The notes under the pieces are model-generated. The model saw only the letters and a list, made by a program, of their open reading frames with translations, was not told the DNA's origin and searched no databases. A DNA stretch of 64,000 bases from Paramecium tetraurelia (Eukaryota): assembly GCA_000165425.1 (NCBI GenBank), contig CT868660.1, positions 248,001 through 312,000 on the forward strand. Reading direction: 5' to 3'. Shown here one piece after another: positions 1 through 11,778 of the stretch; within the stretch, counting starts at the first letter, position 1, and each line of letters starts with the position of its first letter. Made by a program: the position numbers and the translations under genes.

Positions 1-1
1 T

Positions 2-1024
2 TTTAGTGAAGCCATCAAGATTGAAAAACAAAAAGATAAAGATTATTCTATAATTAAATTACCATATTAATCTCCAGAAATGTTAAACTCACTCTATTAT
101 GAATTTGATGGTGAACAATATGATATCTGGTGTTTAGGATTAATTCTTTATTAAATGTTATAAGGGCAATTACCATTTGATAACACAACTAATAATAATG
201 ATTTAAAGAGTAAAATTAAGAAATCAAAATTTTAAATTAATTATCCTATTTCTTAATAAGTTTGTTCATTATTAGAAGCAATGCTCAATGCTGATCCTAA
301 CAAAAGAATTAAACTTAATGAATTAAATAGTTACTTAGGAACATAAAATCTACAATTTGAAGATGATTATTTGAAAGTCCCCGTTGACATACCGATGCAT
401 GTGATAATTTAAGAATTGGAAAATTACTAATTAGAAACAGTTAATTTATTTCAATTATTAGAATAGAATAAACATTGTACATTAACTACATGTTATTATT
501 TAATAAAAAATAAATTAATGAAATTGGCTAAACTAAAAAAAGTTAAGTTAAATTTAATGAATTTTGAAAATAGTAAATTTAATTTTATGACAAACTTAAG
601 AAACAGTATATAATTCGCAACTAAAAAGTGTAGAATTTATTAGAATGCCACTAGAGTTCATACTGAAAATAATAAAAATAGATCTGAAAGCTTCTCTTAA
701 AATGTATATCAATATAAGTCTTTGAGTCGAACAAATAATAGGAAAGTTTCAATAGTGAAATAGACTGAGTAAAGTCCAAAATAATTATAAACTTAAAATT
801 CTTTCTTTCCTTCTTAAAATTCTCCTATTATTGATTAATATAATAACAATATTCACAAAGGTAGTTACAATCAAAATTTAAATAAATAGGAAATAATTAA
901 CGATAATTATTCTATGTACTAAGATAAACAACAACAAAGAATAAGAAATGTCTTGTTTCCTAATAAAAATTTTATAATATAAGATAAAAATAAAAAAAGA
1001 AGATCAACCTCATAAAAAATTTGA
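2..1024 (+). CDS. 3' part of a CAMK/SNF1-MARK-like Ser/Thr kinase with UBA-like region (5' end outside window)
   Basis: Code-6 frame from base 2: LPYQSPEML..YDIWCLGLILYQMLQGQLPFD..LLEAMLNADPNKRI, then UBA-like QNKHCTLTTCYYLIKNK and a low-complexity tail; TGA at 1022-1024. Confidence 0.85.
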
Positions 1025-1078
1025 TATTATTTTTAACAATGTTTAACATTTTAACTAGAAATGAATTAATTAATTCAT

Positions 1079-2112
1079 TCATTTTTATTACTTAATCTAT
1101 CTTTCCACTCTAATGCGTGATACTTCTTAGTATTTAGGCTAACCAAACTTCTTTCTAACAGCCTATAGATTTGATTTATCTTATGATTGCAATACAAGAC
1201 ACATTTCTTTGGCACAAAACCTAAGTTCTTATTCATTATATCCAGTCATTTTTTGCATCTCTTCATTCCAAGATTGAGGAGTCTTCCTATGAAAATACAT
1301 TTCTGTTACCTTATTTTATGGACCAGATAAATTGCAGCTGCGGAAAGAAATGATGGCTTATAATTCATGAATTTGATGTCAATCATTGAAAGCTCCAATA
1401 GATACTAAGCTAAAAATAAATTCTTGGTATCTAATCCTGCAATTCTACCAAATCTCTAGAGAAAACTATAACTTGATGGTTAGGTAATGGAAAAGTCTAA
1501 TGTTTACAATATTTATCCTTCCATTTCGAGCACATCCTATTTGGTGTAGGCATTGTCAGTGATGTACACGAAATCTTTCAAATCAGGTGGATAGATTTCC
1601 TCATATTTACAAGCTATAAATAATGAAGCCACTCCAACTAATTAAAGTTATTGTCTAGTTGTAGTCTTAAGATTTAGATATCTGTCTATTAAATATGTTG
1701 TAACATATAATGTCTCATCTCTTAATTTAAATTTGAGATGAACATCAATCAACCAATCCAATAGAATTGCTCTCATTCTAGTGTTTAAGTCTGGTTGTTA
1801 TTGTTCATTCATATAATTATTACTAACTAAATATTTCTATTCTTAAGTCAATAAATAGGTAAAGATCTCTTAACTATATAGTGAAGTGTATTAAGGGTCT
1901 TTAAGCATTTATTAATCAAAAGAACATAATTAATGAGTGCAATTTTCAACTTCCATTTTGTTTTCTCTTTCTTCCTGCCATAAATTAAGTTTGAGATATC
2001 TAGGTAATACAGTAAGATGCTTTGGTTTATTTCTGTCTGTGTTTTCCTTTTGGAATTCACCTGAAGAATTAACCAATTCCTTGCCGAAGAATCTATACTG
2101 TTCATGGATCAT
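1079..2112 (-). CDS. Mitotic B-type cyclin
   Basis: Cyclin box [36 protein letters not shown]-box-like RFFGKELVN near N-terminus; one 23-nt intron (1287-1309) restores frame to TGA. Confidence 0.95.
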
Positions 2113-2160
2113 TTTATTATACGTTAAAAATTATAATATTCGGTTAAAATTTATTATTAT

Positions 2161-3026
2161 TCAATTATAATCGTACAATTATATTAATTATTATACTTGG
2201 CAATTCTATCTACATATTAGACATTATTGTTTCAAATTGATTTATTGCATAATGCAGTCTAACAAATCATATGTCCACATTGAGTACATGTCACATTTGT
2301 TGTATTATCATCACAAAATAAACATTAGGTAAATTTATCATGACTTTCATTCATTTCTATAATTCTTTCCTTACTTGATCTGATCTTTCATACTTTCATT
2401 CCTTATCTTAAAAAAAAGTAATAAAATATTTAATAAATTGCAAAATTAGTAATATAAAATAGGCTTAACCAATTCTTTTGTACTTAATATTGTAAATTTG
2501 AAGGTATCCTATTAAAAATGAATTAGATCTAATTTAATCGTTTGCATATTTCAAAGTATGAGCCTTGAAACAAAAATATTGTCTACCCCATCCTTTAAAT
2601 TTTGGAGACTCTTAAATCCTTTATTAATCTAACTATATTGTTAATGCATAATCTAACTAGATCTTAAATTTGATTAGAAAATTAGAGTAGTTATAAAAAT
2701 ATAAATTACCTTTTTTCTTCTACTCTATAAGGGCATAATGATATAACACTTTCAACATTATACAAAATGGTTATTTTAGTCAGAATAATTTTACACTTTT
2801 ACATTTGTGTATTCCTTTCCAATCGTTTTGACTTCTCGAAAGTAGATAAATAAATAATTTGTGAGATTTCTCAACATTTTAATCGAGTTGAGTTTATTGT
2901 ATATTTAACCAGTTGAAAAAAATACTCAAAAATATTGCAAATATTTTGAGAGATCTATTGGATCATTTCTGAATCCTTTTATGATCTTCTAATCAGTTCT
3001 GGTTTATAGAAATTAGTATATGACAT
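2161..3026 (-). pseudogene. PEX10: PEX10 (peroxisomal RING peroxin) pseudogene
   Basis: N-terminal PELIRRSQKD and KTIGKEY, middle IFLFQGSYFEICKRL, C-terminal RING remnants CLFC..CTQCGH../DCIMQQINLKQQCLICRQNC; segments lie in different frames with in-frame TGAs. Confidence 0.75.
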
Positions 3027-3229
3027 TTATATACATAAATATAAATTATAGTTTTTTCTAATACTCTGAATTCATAAGAGATTTACACATCATTTTATGG
3101 GAATTAGAGTACTGGTTATCTGGTTCAAATTAATTTAGGGTAGATATAAGGAATATGCAATAATTATGGTAATATTTTCATATTGGCTTTAACTTATCGA
3201 ATTAAATAATTAATATCTTAAATAAAAAT

Positions 3230-3667
3230 ATGAACGCCAAAGGTGCAGGGTTGACTTATGTTAGCGAATTCAAATCTGATGAATTCAGAACATTCAGAGG
3301 TGGTTTGAGACATTTGCCTGAGAGAGCAGAGGCTATGGTACATAACAGCAAGAACAATTTGTCTAATTATCATGACAAATTCAATTATGAGAGAGTAAAT
3401 TGTTTATTTAAATTAAAAGGGGTTCATCTAACACTCAAGATCATTATCTAACCAACACCACAATTTCCATTTTATGTATGGAGGACCTAAAGAATACTTA
3501 TTCAAGAGACTTTTCTATGGTGCATGGTATAGAAAGAATATCAGAAATTTCTGGTTCCCTGCTGTGTTTAGTTATGGACGTAAGCATTTTACTATGAAAT
3601 AGTTGGTTGTTTCTGCATGAGATTATATGATAATGCAGCCCATGACTTCTTTTATTTCACCGATTGA
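3230..3667 (+). CDS. Small (~129 aa) single-TM protein, probably a mitochondrial respiratory complex subunit (QCR8/UQCRQ-like)
   Basis: Two tiny introns give ..GFIQHSRSLSNQHHNFHFMYGGPKEYLFKRLFYGAWYRKNIRNFWFPAVFSYGLGCFCMRLYDNAAHDFFYFTD*; gene structure is clear, family assignment is tentative. Confidence 0.55.
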
Positions 3668-3708
3668 GATAATTACATAATAATACATAAATAGTATAAA
3701 ACCAGAAT

Positions 3709-4257
3709 TCATAGCAATCTTTCTAATAGCATTTTTTCAAGCAATAAATTATTTCTCAAAATGCTTTCTTCACTAAACCCTAATTATTTTCTGAACTTTT
3801 AATTCTGAGGCAATATTTTCTCAATGAATGAAAATTATTCTGTGATGAATGGAGCTCTTTTCTCATACTCAGGCAATTTAACAATTATTTTATTAGTGTA
3901 TTTGTTGTTTTACTTGATATAATCGCATAGCATTTTTTTAGCCTTTTCCTTATTGCATTTTTTGAAATTAGGCAGACAAACACGATTGTCATCATTAGCC
4001 AATTTATTAATCTTGAATTTGCATTGAGATATATTCATTTTTTATAAGGATGTCTATCTTTAGTGATTAGATACAATCACATCCTTCAATCTTATGACTC
4101 TTTCTGTGTTTATATATTCTTAACTCCTTAGTTTAGTTGATTACAGATTTCGAAGGACCATTCTAGGACTCTTTTAAACAACATCAGGCAGTACGGAATT
4201 GTCTGTGTGGGTTTGAGTGCCTATATTAAGTTTCAACTTTTATTGCAATGAATTCAT
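3709..4257 (-). CDS. Hypothetical protein (182 aa)
   Basis: Intronless ATG..TGA code-6 ORF MNSLQQKLKLNIGTQTHTDN..EKMLLERLL*. Confidence 0.7.
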
Positions 4258-4283
4258 TAATTTAATTAAAGTCAATGTATATT

Positions 4284-4830
4284 TCAATCAAAATCTTCTT
4301 AGCCTCCACTAAAATCATATTCTATTCTCTCATGGTTGGCTAGTTTTCCATCTATAAACAGAAATGTATCGCTTTTTGTTTTCCATGGATTTATGAGCAT
4401 TAGATCCTTTAGGTTTGCACCCAATGCAGGCTAATCATACATGGATTCCCACGTATTGGTGGAATGTGGTATGCAAAAAGGAAAGCAAAATTCGTATTCT
4501 TTTATGAGGTTGTTTTTAAAATAGAATCTAAATTGGTATTGTATTGTACCTATCAACGAGTAACAAGTTCTTTAATGGCTTATCAAAGGTCTTGAAGATT
4601 TTGGTTGCTCCCAAAGTCTTGATATCAAAATATTGGGGTGTGAATTAATAACTCAAAACCTCCTATTGTTGATTTTCTTCATCATTCTCAAAGTCAAATA
4701 AAATAAAGTTATCGTCGGCATCTCTGAGTATAAATTTAATAAATTTGATTTCCTCTGATGGTTTGCATAGAAATTTATCGCAGGGTTTGGTAAATGTTCT
4801 CACAATTTCAGGGGTAATCACTTTTTACAT
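4284..4830 (-). CDS. UNC119: UNC119 / PDE-delta family lipid-binding ciliary trafficking protein
   Basis: ITPEIVRTFTKPCDKFLCK..DRFYFKNNLIKEYEFCFPFCIPHSTNTWESMY..PWKTKSDTFLFIDGKL; one 22-nt intron. Confidence 0.9.
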
Positions 4831-4879
4831 ATTAAATTAAATAGAGATGTTAATTTAATAATTTAAATTTAATTACAAA

Positions 4880-5239
4880 ATGTTTAGAAAAGCTAGATAA
4901 ATAGAAACTCAGTCACTACACTATTCCGTTAGTTAAAGCGATATTAAGAGAACTTCCTACTTTACCAACCTATCCCACAGATACAGATCCTAGTCGATTG
5001 ATCTTAGCAATCAAAAAATCAAATAACCCATTTAGCAGACAAAATCAAAATCGAAACCAAGAATGCAAATCAATCCAGTAAAATTCCAGGTCTTTAAATC
5101 AAACAAGCCACTGACAGAGTTCAAAGAATTCAAATTAAGAACGGCCGACAGATGCAAAAGCAGAGAAAAAGTTAGGATAAGAGAGCAGAATAAAGAGAAT
5201 AAAGAAAATATATTTATTTAATATAATAAAAAACTATGA
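4880..5239 (+). CDS. Small basic protein (119 aa) with TPX2-like motif
   Basis: Intronless ORF containing FQVFKSNKPLTEFKEFKLRTADR; TGA at 5237-5239. Confidence 0.6.
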
Positions 5240-7259
5240 AAATATGTTCAATCATCATTCAAAACAAGAGAGGGCAAAATATCTTTGTTGTCTCATCCAA
5301 CGATTATTCTCATGAATTGTCATTGCAACATTCTAAGGATATTTACAATTACATTCTGAGTCAAATTAGTATTCTTCAATTAATCATTTAGAGGCAGGGA
5401 AAAAGATTGACAGATCTATTGTTTTAGATTCAAATTATGTTTGTATTTGCAATGTAAATAAAGATGTAATTACAATCAACCTAATGACTTTAGGCAATAT
5501 TTTTAGTTATTGTACAACGAAATGAATTATTCTTGGGATATGAGGCTATCAAAAAATTGGCCGAATTCTATGCCACCTACTATAAGTAAGAAATCACTAC
5601 CAGGAAGTACTAAGAGGTAACTTTTTCAAATTTACTCCTAGATGCTGCTCTTATTGGAAGAATTCTTATACACTAAAGAATTTTTACCTCAAAAATTATA
5701 ATTTAATTTAACTGTTAAAGCCCCTGCCTCCTCAAGATGCATTGCAGACTGCGATCATCTTTAAAAGTTTTCATCACTCTAAGCCACAATTGAAAAAAAT
5801 CTAATTGCTAACATACCTCTAAAGTATGCAAAGAAATAATAGATTATCGAAAAAGAAATAGATATCATCAACATATTTATTAAGCCTTTAACCAATCTAG
5901 ATGAATACAAGCCAAACCAAGAAGAACTTCAATGGAAACAAAAATAAAAAAAGAGTCTCTACGATTGTGCCTTCAAAATGAAGAGCAAGCAAGTTCACAA
6001 AGAAAATATCTTTCAAAAATATAAGCCATAAAAACCGAATACCCAGTATAAATAACATACTTAAAAATCGGCTTAATTGGTAAATCAATATAAGGGCATA
6101 AGCAGTTCAGATATATAAATAATGAAGCTTAATTTTTAAAGTTAGATGCAAAAGGCTGGTGGACAACAGGATCATTCTAATTAATAGAGCAAATAATAAT
6201 CCTTAAAACCAATCTAGCAGTAGCACAGCAGACAGATAAATTTACTATTAGATTATGGTGAAGGCTTTACAACTGTTGAACCCCCTAAAAGTTAGATTTA
6301 ATAAGTCTAAAATTCCAATGAGGAATAACCAAGAACTAATCCTATTTAAGTAAAACCAAAGTAACAACAAAATGCAAATGACCTCTTGGATTTAGATGAT
6401 AGACCGAATCATTAAGTGCAACCCCAGATTCAATCAACAGCTGGTCCTGATTTATCGTTTTTAAGTTTATCTCCAGTCAAATAAAATGAACCTTGCTTGA
6501 AAATGCTGGAGAAAATGGTTATTGCTCAGAAGGATGGAAGATTAAAAGAATTAAAAATATTTGGACAGATAGCTTTGGATGGAGATTTCACTTTTGATGA
6601 TTAATCCAACCTTTAACTTTTGGGCCAATATTGGTAAGATACATATGGATGTTAAAGAAGGATAACACCGAATTCTTTGGATTTGCAATTGTTGAATGAG
6701 AATAGTTATAAAATGATAATAAAAAATGCAAGTTACAAAACACCCAAAGGCATCATTGATTACATAATCCCAACCAAAGCATTTACTTAATAAAGGATTC
6801 CAGTTATATTTTTGTATAGGTTGGAATGTGTATAATCCTTTGCCAGTTATTGTCTTCAATATAAGGTGAATGATTAATGGCAGGTTCCATTGCAAGATAT
6901 CGTTATTGAAGTGAATCTAGAGAAAGATGTAGAATTTGATGACTTAAAAACAATCCCAGTAGCTCAAAATATCAACGATAAGTAGATAACTTGGAAAGTA
7001 CTAATATTTATTTAAGGTAGGCCAAACAATTGTTGCAACAGTAGAAAGGCAAATTGATATTGAATCTCACAGGCATTAAGAAGTCAGGGTCGTAAATACT
7101 AAATCACATCAGAATCAGTTTGAAGGCTAATGTAATTGATAACACTTAATTTAGACATCTGTCATTGAGAATATGGATAGCATTATGTTTTACAATAGCT
7201 AAGAATACAAATGCCAGAAAAAGCTAAGTGTTGAGTACAAAATATATCCGAATTCTTGA
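5236..7259 (+). CDS. Longin-like N-terminus + linker + muniscin-type mu-homology domain (TSET TCUP/TML-like adaptor)
   Basis: MKICSIIIQNKRGQNIFV start; DLLDLD linker; EKMVIAQKDGRLKELKIFGQIAL, IPVIF..LQYKVN..LQDIVIEV..IPVA..KQITWK..KGKLIL; several tiny introns. Confidence 0.65.
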
Positions 7260-7292
7260 TATTATTAAATATATAAATTAAAATTTTGAAGG

Positions 7293-7529
7293 ATGAGTGA
7301 AGCTTAAGCAGACCGTATCTTATCAATTGCAAATCAAGAGACAGTTAATAGATTATTCAGAGTATGCTATAAATAAATTACAGGTTGAAAATAATTTGAA
7401 TAATTAGGACAAAGACCTGTTGGTAAATTTCAAGATAGCGATCATCAAGCAGTATTGAATTGTCACAGGAGATTGGTTGAAGTACTAAAACTTGTTGCAC
7501 CTGCAATTGTACCCTTAAGAGAAGAATGA
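7293..7529 (+). CDS. Small Tim-like (Tim8/9/10/13-fold) protein, 70 aa
   Basis: With one 24-nt intron: MSEAQADRILSIANQETVNRLFRVCYKQITGQRPVGKFQDSDHQAVLNCHRRLVEVLKLVAPAIVPLREE*; helix-loop-helix with small-Tim Cys spacing. Confidence 0.6.
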
Positions 7530-7617
7530 TTTAATTATTCAAGTCGTTATCATCAAAACCAGAATATTTAATTAGCTACACAATTCATATTTATATATGT
7601 TATTTTTAATATGACAT

Positions 7618-9385
7618 TCATCTTCTCATTCCCATGGGTGGTCTACCTGGTTATCCCCTAGGTTTCATTTTTGTATCTTAATCAGATTTTGGATTTTTAA
7701 CTGTTTCATCAATAGATAAAATTGCACAAGCAGCCTATAAAATAAATGTGAATAAAAACCTCGGTTGCTGAACAAAGAGCATTTCTTTTGACAAGACTGG
7801 GTTCCCAAACAAAGGATGAATGTGTATCACATACTCCAGATGCACCATTGATATCAACTCCATACCATCTACCTTCCTCTCCACCTTGAGCATGTCTTTA
7901 TCTAAGTTTATTCATGATTTCAATTGAGTTTAATCCTGCATTTTCAGCAATGGTTCTTGGGATAACTTCTAATGCCTTAGCAAAGGAATTCACAATGTAT
8001 TATGTCTTGCCAGTCACAGATCTAGCATAATGTCTAAGATATCTAGACAATTCCAATTCGATAGCACCACCTCCAGCTACGATCTTGTTGGCTTTGAAAC
8101 ATCTTCTGACAATCATAATAGCATCATTCAAAGATCTCTCAGCTTCTTAAATAAATTATTCAGCTCCACCTCTCAACACAATGGTTGCTGTTCTAGACTA
8201 AGATTTATAGTTTTTGATTAAAATACTTGTGGACAATTTTTAAATAAGTTATATCTTTCTGCACCAACTTAAACTTCTTCGAACAATCCACAAGTTCCAA
8301 AAGTCTCAGGATTTAGACCATTGACAGTTGTTTAAATTTAACCTCCAGTAGCCTGATTTGAATATAGGATTTAAATACTTTTTAAACTCTAAGAAGATCT
8401 TCTTAAGGAACTCTTCCAGCACAAAAGATGTTCCTGTCAGCAAAATATTGTGTAGCCAAATCTCCAATGGGAAGTTTAGATAATACTATTTGGGCACCTG
8501 CTTTAACAATGATATCTAATTTCTCATAGATCAATGCCCATTCAGCATCTACAATTTATTGATATTCTTCTGGTTTTTCAATTCTGATTTCTGCATTTTC
8601 CTTTTCACTTTTGAGTTCTAATTCTAAATTTAATAAACAGATCTTGGGATTCTCAAATCTCTTTGGTTATTGTTCAAATCCAGCATATGAAAAGGTTTTC
8701 TTGAATGCAACTCCATCAACCAAAAATGAATCAGTTACACTTCCTCCTGTGACATTCTTGATTCCGATCAAATCTCTATCCAAAATATTTGGGTCCAACT
8801 TCTCCACTGCTGACACCACTAATTCACTAAAGAATTATTTAGTATTGGCTAACTAATTAATATTAATTATTATCATACTAATTTTGAATTCAAAGCTGTC
8901 TAAGCACATTTCAATAAGGTGTCTCTCTTCTCTTCTGGAGCATCTCGAGAAATATTTATTGAGAATCCCTCTAACTTCTCTAATGCCAATTCCAAAGCCT
9001 TTCTATATCCTTAAATCACTATTTGTGGATGGATTCCCTCTTCAATAAATGGCTTGGCTTCCTTCAACAATTCTGCAGCCAACAATGTAGTGGATGTTGT
9101 ACCATCACCAACTTCATCATCTTGGGATTTGGCAATGTCGACCAACACTCTAGCAGCTGGATGGACAACCTCTAATAGATTTAGAATTGTTGCTCCATCA
9201 TTAGAAATGGTCACCTTTGGACCTGTCTGAATCATTTTATCCATTCCTCTTGGGCCAAGTGTGCTTTTAACCACGTCAGCCACAGCTTACACAGCATTGA
9301 TGTTAGACACTATTTAAGCTCTACCTTATGAGGTGTCTGTGCCTTCTCTCAATAACAAGATGGTGGGTTGTAAGAATTGGGACAT
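7618..9385 (-). CDS. CCT7: Chaperonin CCT/TRiC subunit eta
   Basis: [46 protein letters not shown]; several tiny introns. Confidence 0.97.
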
Positions 9386-9578
9386 TTAATACACAATTTT
9401 ATTTATTTAAATTTGAGGCATTTTCTTTTACAAACATTCATTTTCAAATATACTATTCAAAAACCATTTAATTCAATAATTTCATATCAATCCTAAAATT
9501 CCAGTCTTTATAACTCCAAATATACTAATGTTAATTGCCATATTAATAAGAATACATAACATTAAATTATATATAATA

Positions 9579-10461
9579 ATGCAATATCATCTTTCCATAA
9601 TTTCAGCTGCAGCATATATCCAAAAATTAGGTTTAGTTGCACTGGCTGGAGAAAACATTAAAATTTTTAATCTAAAAAAGGATAAAGAATAATAGGAAAT
9701 TAAAACAGAAAAATACATCAAGATTTTTCAATTGATATTCAACCAGCAAGATTCCAACTTATACTAATTCAATCTAAATAAAACCATCGTCAAATATAGA
9801 TTGAAAGGAAGAATGTTTGTATTAGATAAGCAACTTCAATTAGATTATGAATTTTTTCCTACACTTGCTACAGTAACTCATGATAATAAAACCATCATCA
9901 TTGGAGGTATGCATTCAAATATACTTGTATTTTATAATATGGTTAATGAATGTTGTTTTAAGCTAGAGCTATCAGATTCTGAAATTTAGAATTATTGCTT
10001 ATTAAAAAATCCAGAAAATAGGTTTATTTTATCTTATAATTGCTTAATTAACGTTGAGAATAAAAAAGTCATCAGAAAAGTCAATACTTATTCTTCAGAA
10101 ATAAAAAGCTGGTCTTAATCAGGTCATTTTTATTCTAAAGAATAGGAATATAAAATATTGATTACTTCTGCCTTTAAGAATAAAATTTTGAGGACCTTTT
10201 CTGTTGATAGAAATAACATTTATATTAACTAAATATTTTCAGAAACAGGAAAATATTACTGTTTACAAAAACAATGTGAAGTAATACAACTCTATGATAT
10301 ATCAACAGGAATTGACTCACAAAATTAATTAAAAGTATATGGTCTATTGTAATAATTTATAATTTAATGAAAACGACAAAGTTATTTCAATCATAACTAA
10401 TAATAGATCATTTTATGTATGGAATTTAGATTAAATTTTAAATGAAGCAACTTAATCTTGA
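9579..10461 (+). CDS. WD40/beta-propeller-like protein, 3' end disrupted (possible pseudogene)
   Basis: Beta-rich repeats (LVALAGENIKIFNL; VTHDNKTIIIGG; IQLYDISTG); frame hits TGA near 10368 while an RSFYVWNLD repeat continues in another frame. Confidence 0.5.
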
Positions 10462-10745
10462 TGAATTATCCACAATTTTATGATAAATATACACTAATCT
10501 ATGAAATTATTGACAGGATGAAAAATATTATTTTTTAATCTGATTTATGAGAAATAGTTCTTTCATTCCTTTCAAACTTACTTTGTGTAAGCATTCTTGT
10601 ATGTTCTAATCTGAATAACCTAATACTTCAATATTTCAAATAGTTATTTAGTAAATTTAGATTCTAAGATAGATAATGTATTAAAATAGCTTTGCGTGTT
10701 GAGTCTATAAAATATTACTTTATATTTATTTTATTTAATAAGAAA

Positions 10746-11163
10746 TCAATCGAAATCATCATCTTTTTAATTTTTCTTCATATGCAATTTAACCATGGCT
10801 TTGCCAATGGCTCCAATCCATGCTTCTTTCTCTTGATTATTATTAGACATTAAAAAGAAAGTTGTTTCAGGTGTATCAATTTTCTAATTTTATTTACAAA
10901 TATACAAATGTGTTTTCCCTGTTGGTTTCTTCCTAACATGATTTAATTGTACTTATAGTTGATAAAGGAATAATCTCTGTTGGATTACTATATTGTTTTT
11001 CTGCCTTGAAAGTATACAAGGTTGTCGTTGTTAAAACAAACCATCGTCTAAAATGGATAAATAATATGGAATACTTTCTCCAAGATTTAAATACTCGAGA
11101 TTCTTTTTCTAACCATCCTTCTTTCATGATATTTTTGAGATCTTCAAGCATGTTGTTTTACAT
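10746..11163 (-). CDS. Stand-alone PH-domain protein
   Basis: MKEGWLEKESRVFKSWRKRWFVLT..EKEAWIGAIGKA; two tiny introns. Confidence 0.92.
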
Positions 11164-11240
11164 TAGATAAAAATCAATATTTTTTATATAATATATTATT
11201 TATGCTTCCTATATTTTTGAAAATCAATTTAATTGGTTTT

Positions 11241-11675
11241 TCAGGATTGTTCATAATTTTAGATATCATCTTCATCTGATTAATGTGAATCTTCCTCATT
11301 ATCTTAAATATTATCGATAGAATTCTTATCATTCTCAACTTCTGATGGTACATACATGCCATCTTGATCATAATAATGTTCATGATTATCATTGCCTGGG
11401 TGTAAAACAAACCATCCATCTGGTTGTCCATCCTTATCATAATAACAACCATTCTCATCTCTCCATCTAGGAATTTTAATTGAATAATACCCTCCGTCTT
11501 CATTGAAAAAATATGATTATTAACCCACCAAAAATCCTACTACATTTTCTTCAACTTTTAATTCGACATATTCATTAAACTTCTCAGGCTAATGTTTTGG
11601 AGGATCTTTCAAAATTGGATTTTCAAGTGGATCTACTCTAAGCCAATTTTTCTAGATTTCTTTATCTAGTTGCAT
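11241..11675 (-). CDS. Hypothetical acidic protein with YYDxDG repeats (135 aa)
   Basis: One 27-nt intron; RWRDENGCYYDKDGQPDGWF..EHYYDQDGMYVP; acidic tail; TGA at 11241-11243. Confidence 0.7.
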
Positions 11676-11778
11676 TTGTCAATTATTTTTTTGTGTTAAT
11701 TAATTTATCAACCCCCCCTCCTCTTCATTTATATATACAAAATATATTCGATGCAATTAATAGAAATATAATTAACAC

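Noticed and set aside
6551..8856. ORF-track entries such as 6551-6895(-), 8030-8221(+) and 8611-8856(+)
   Set aside because: Antisense shadows of real genes on the other strand
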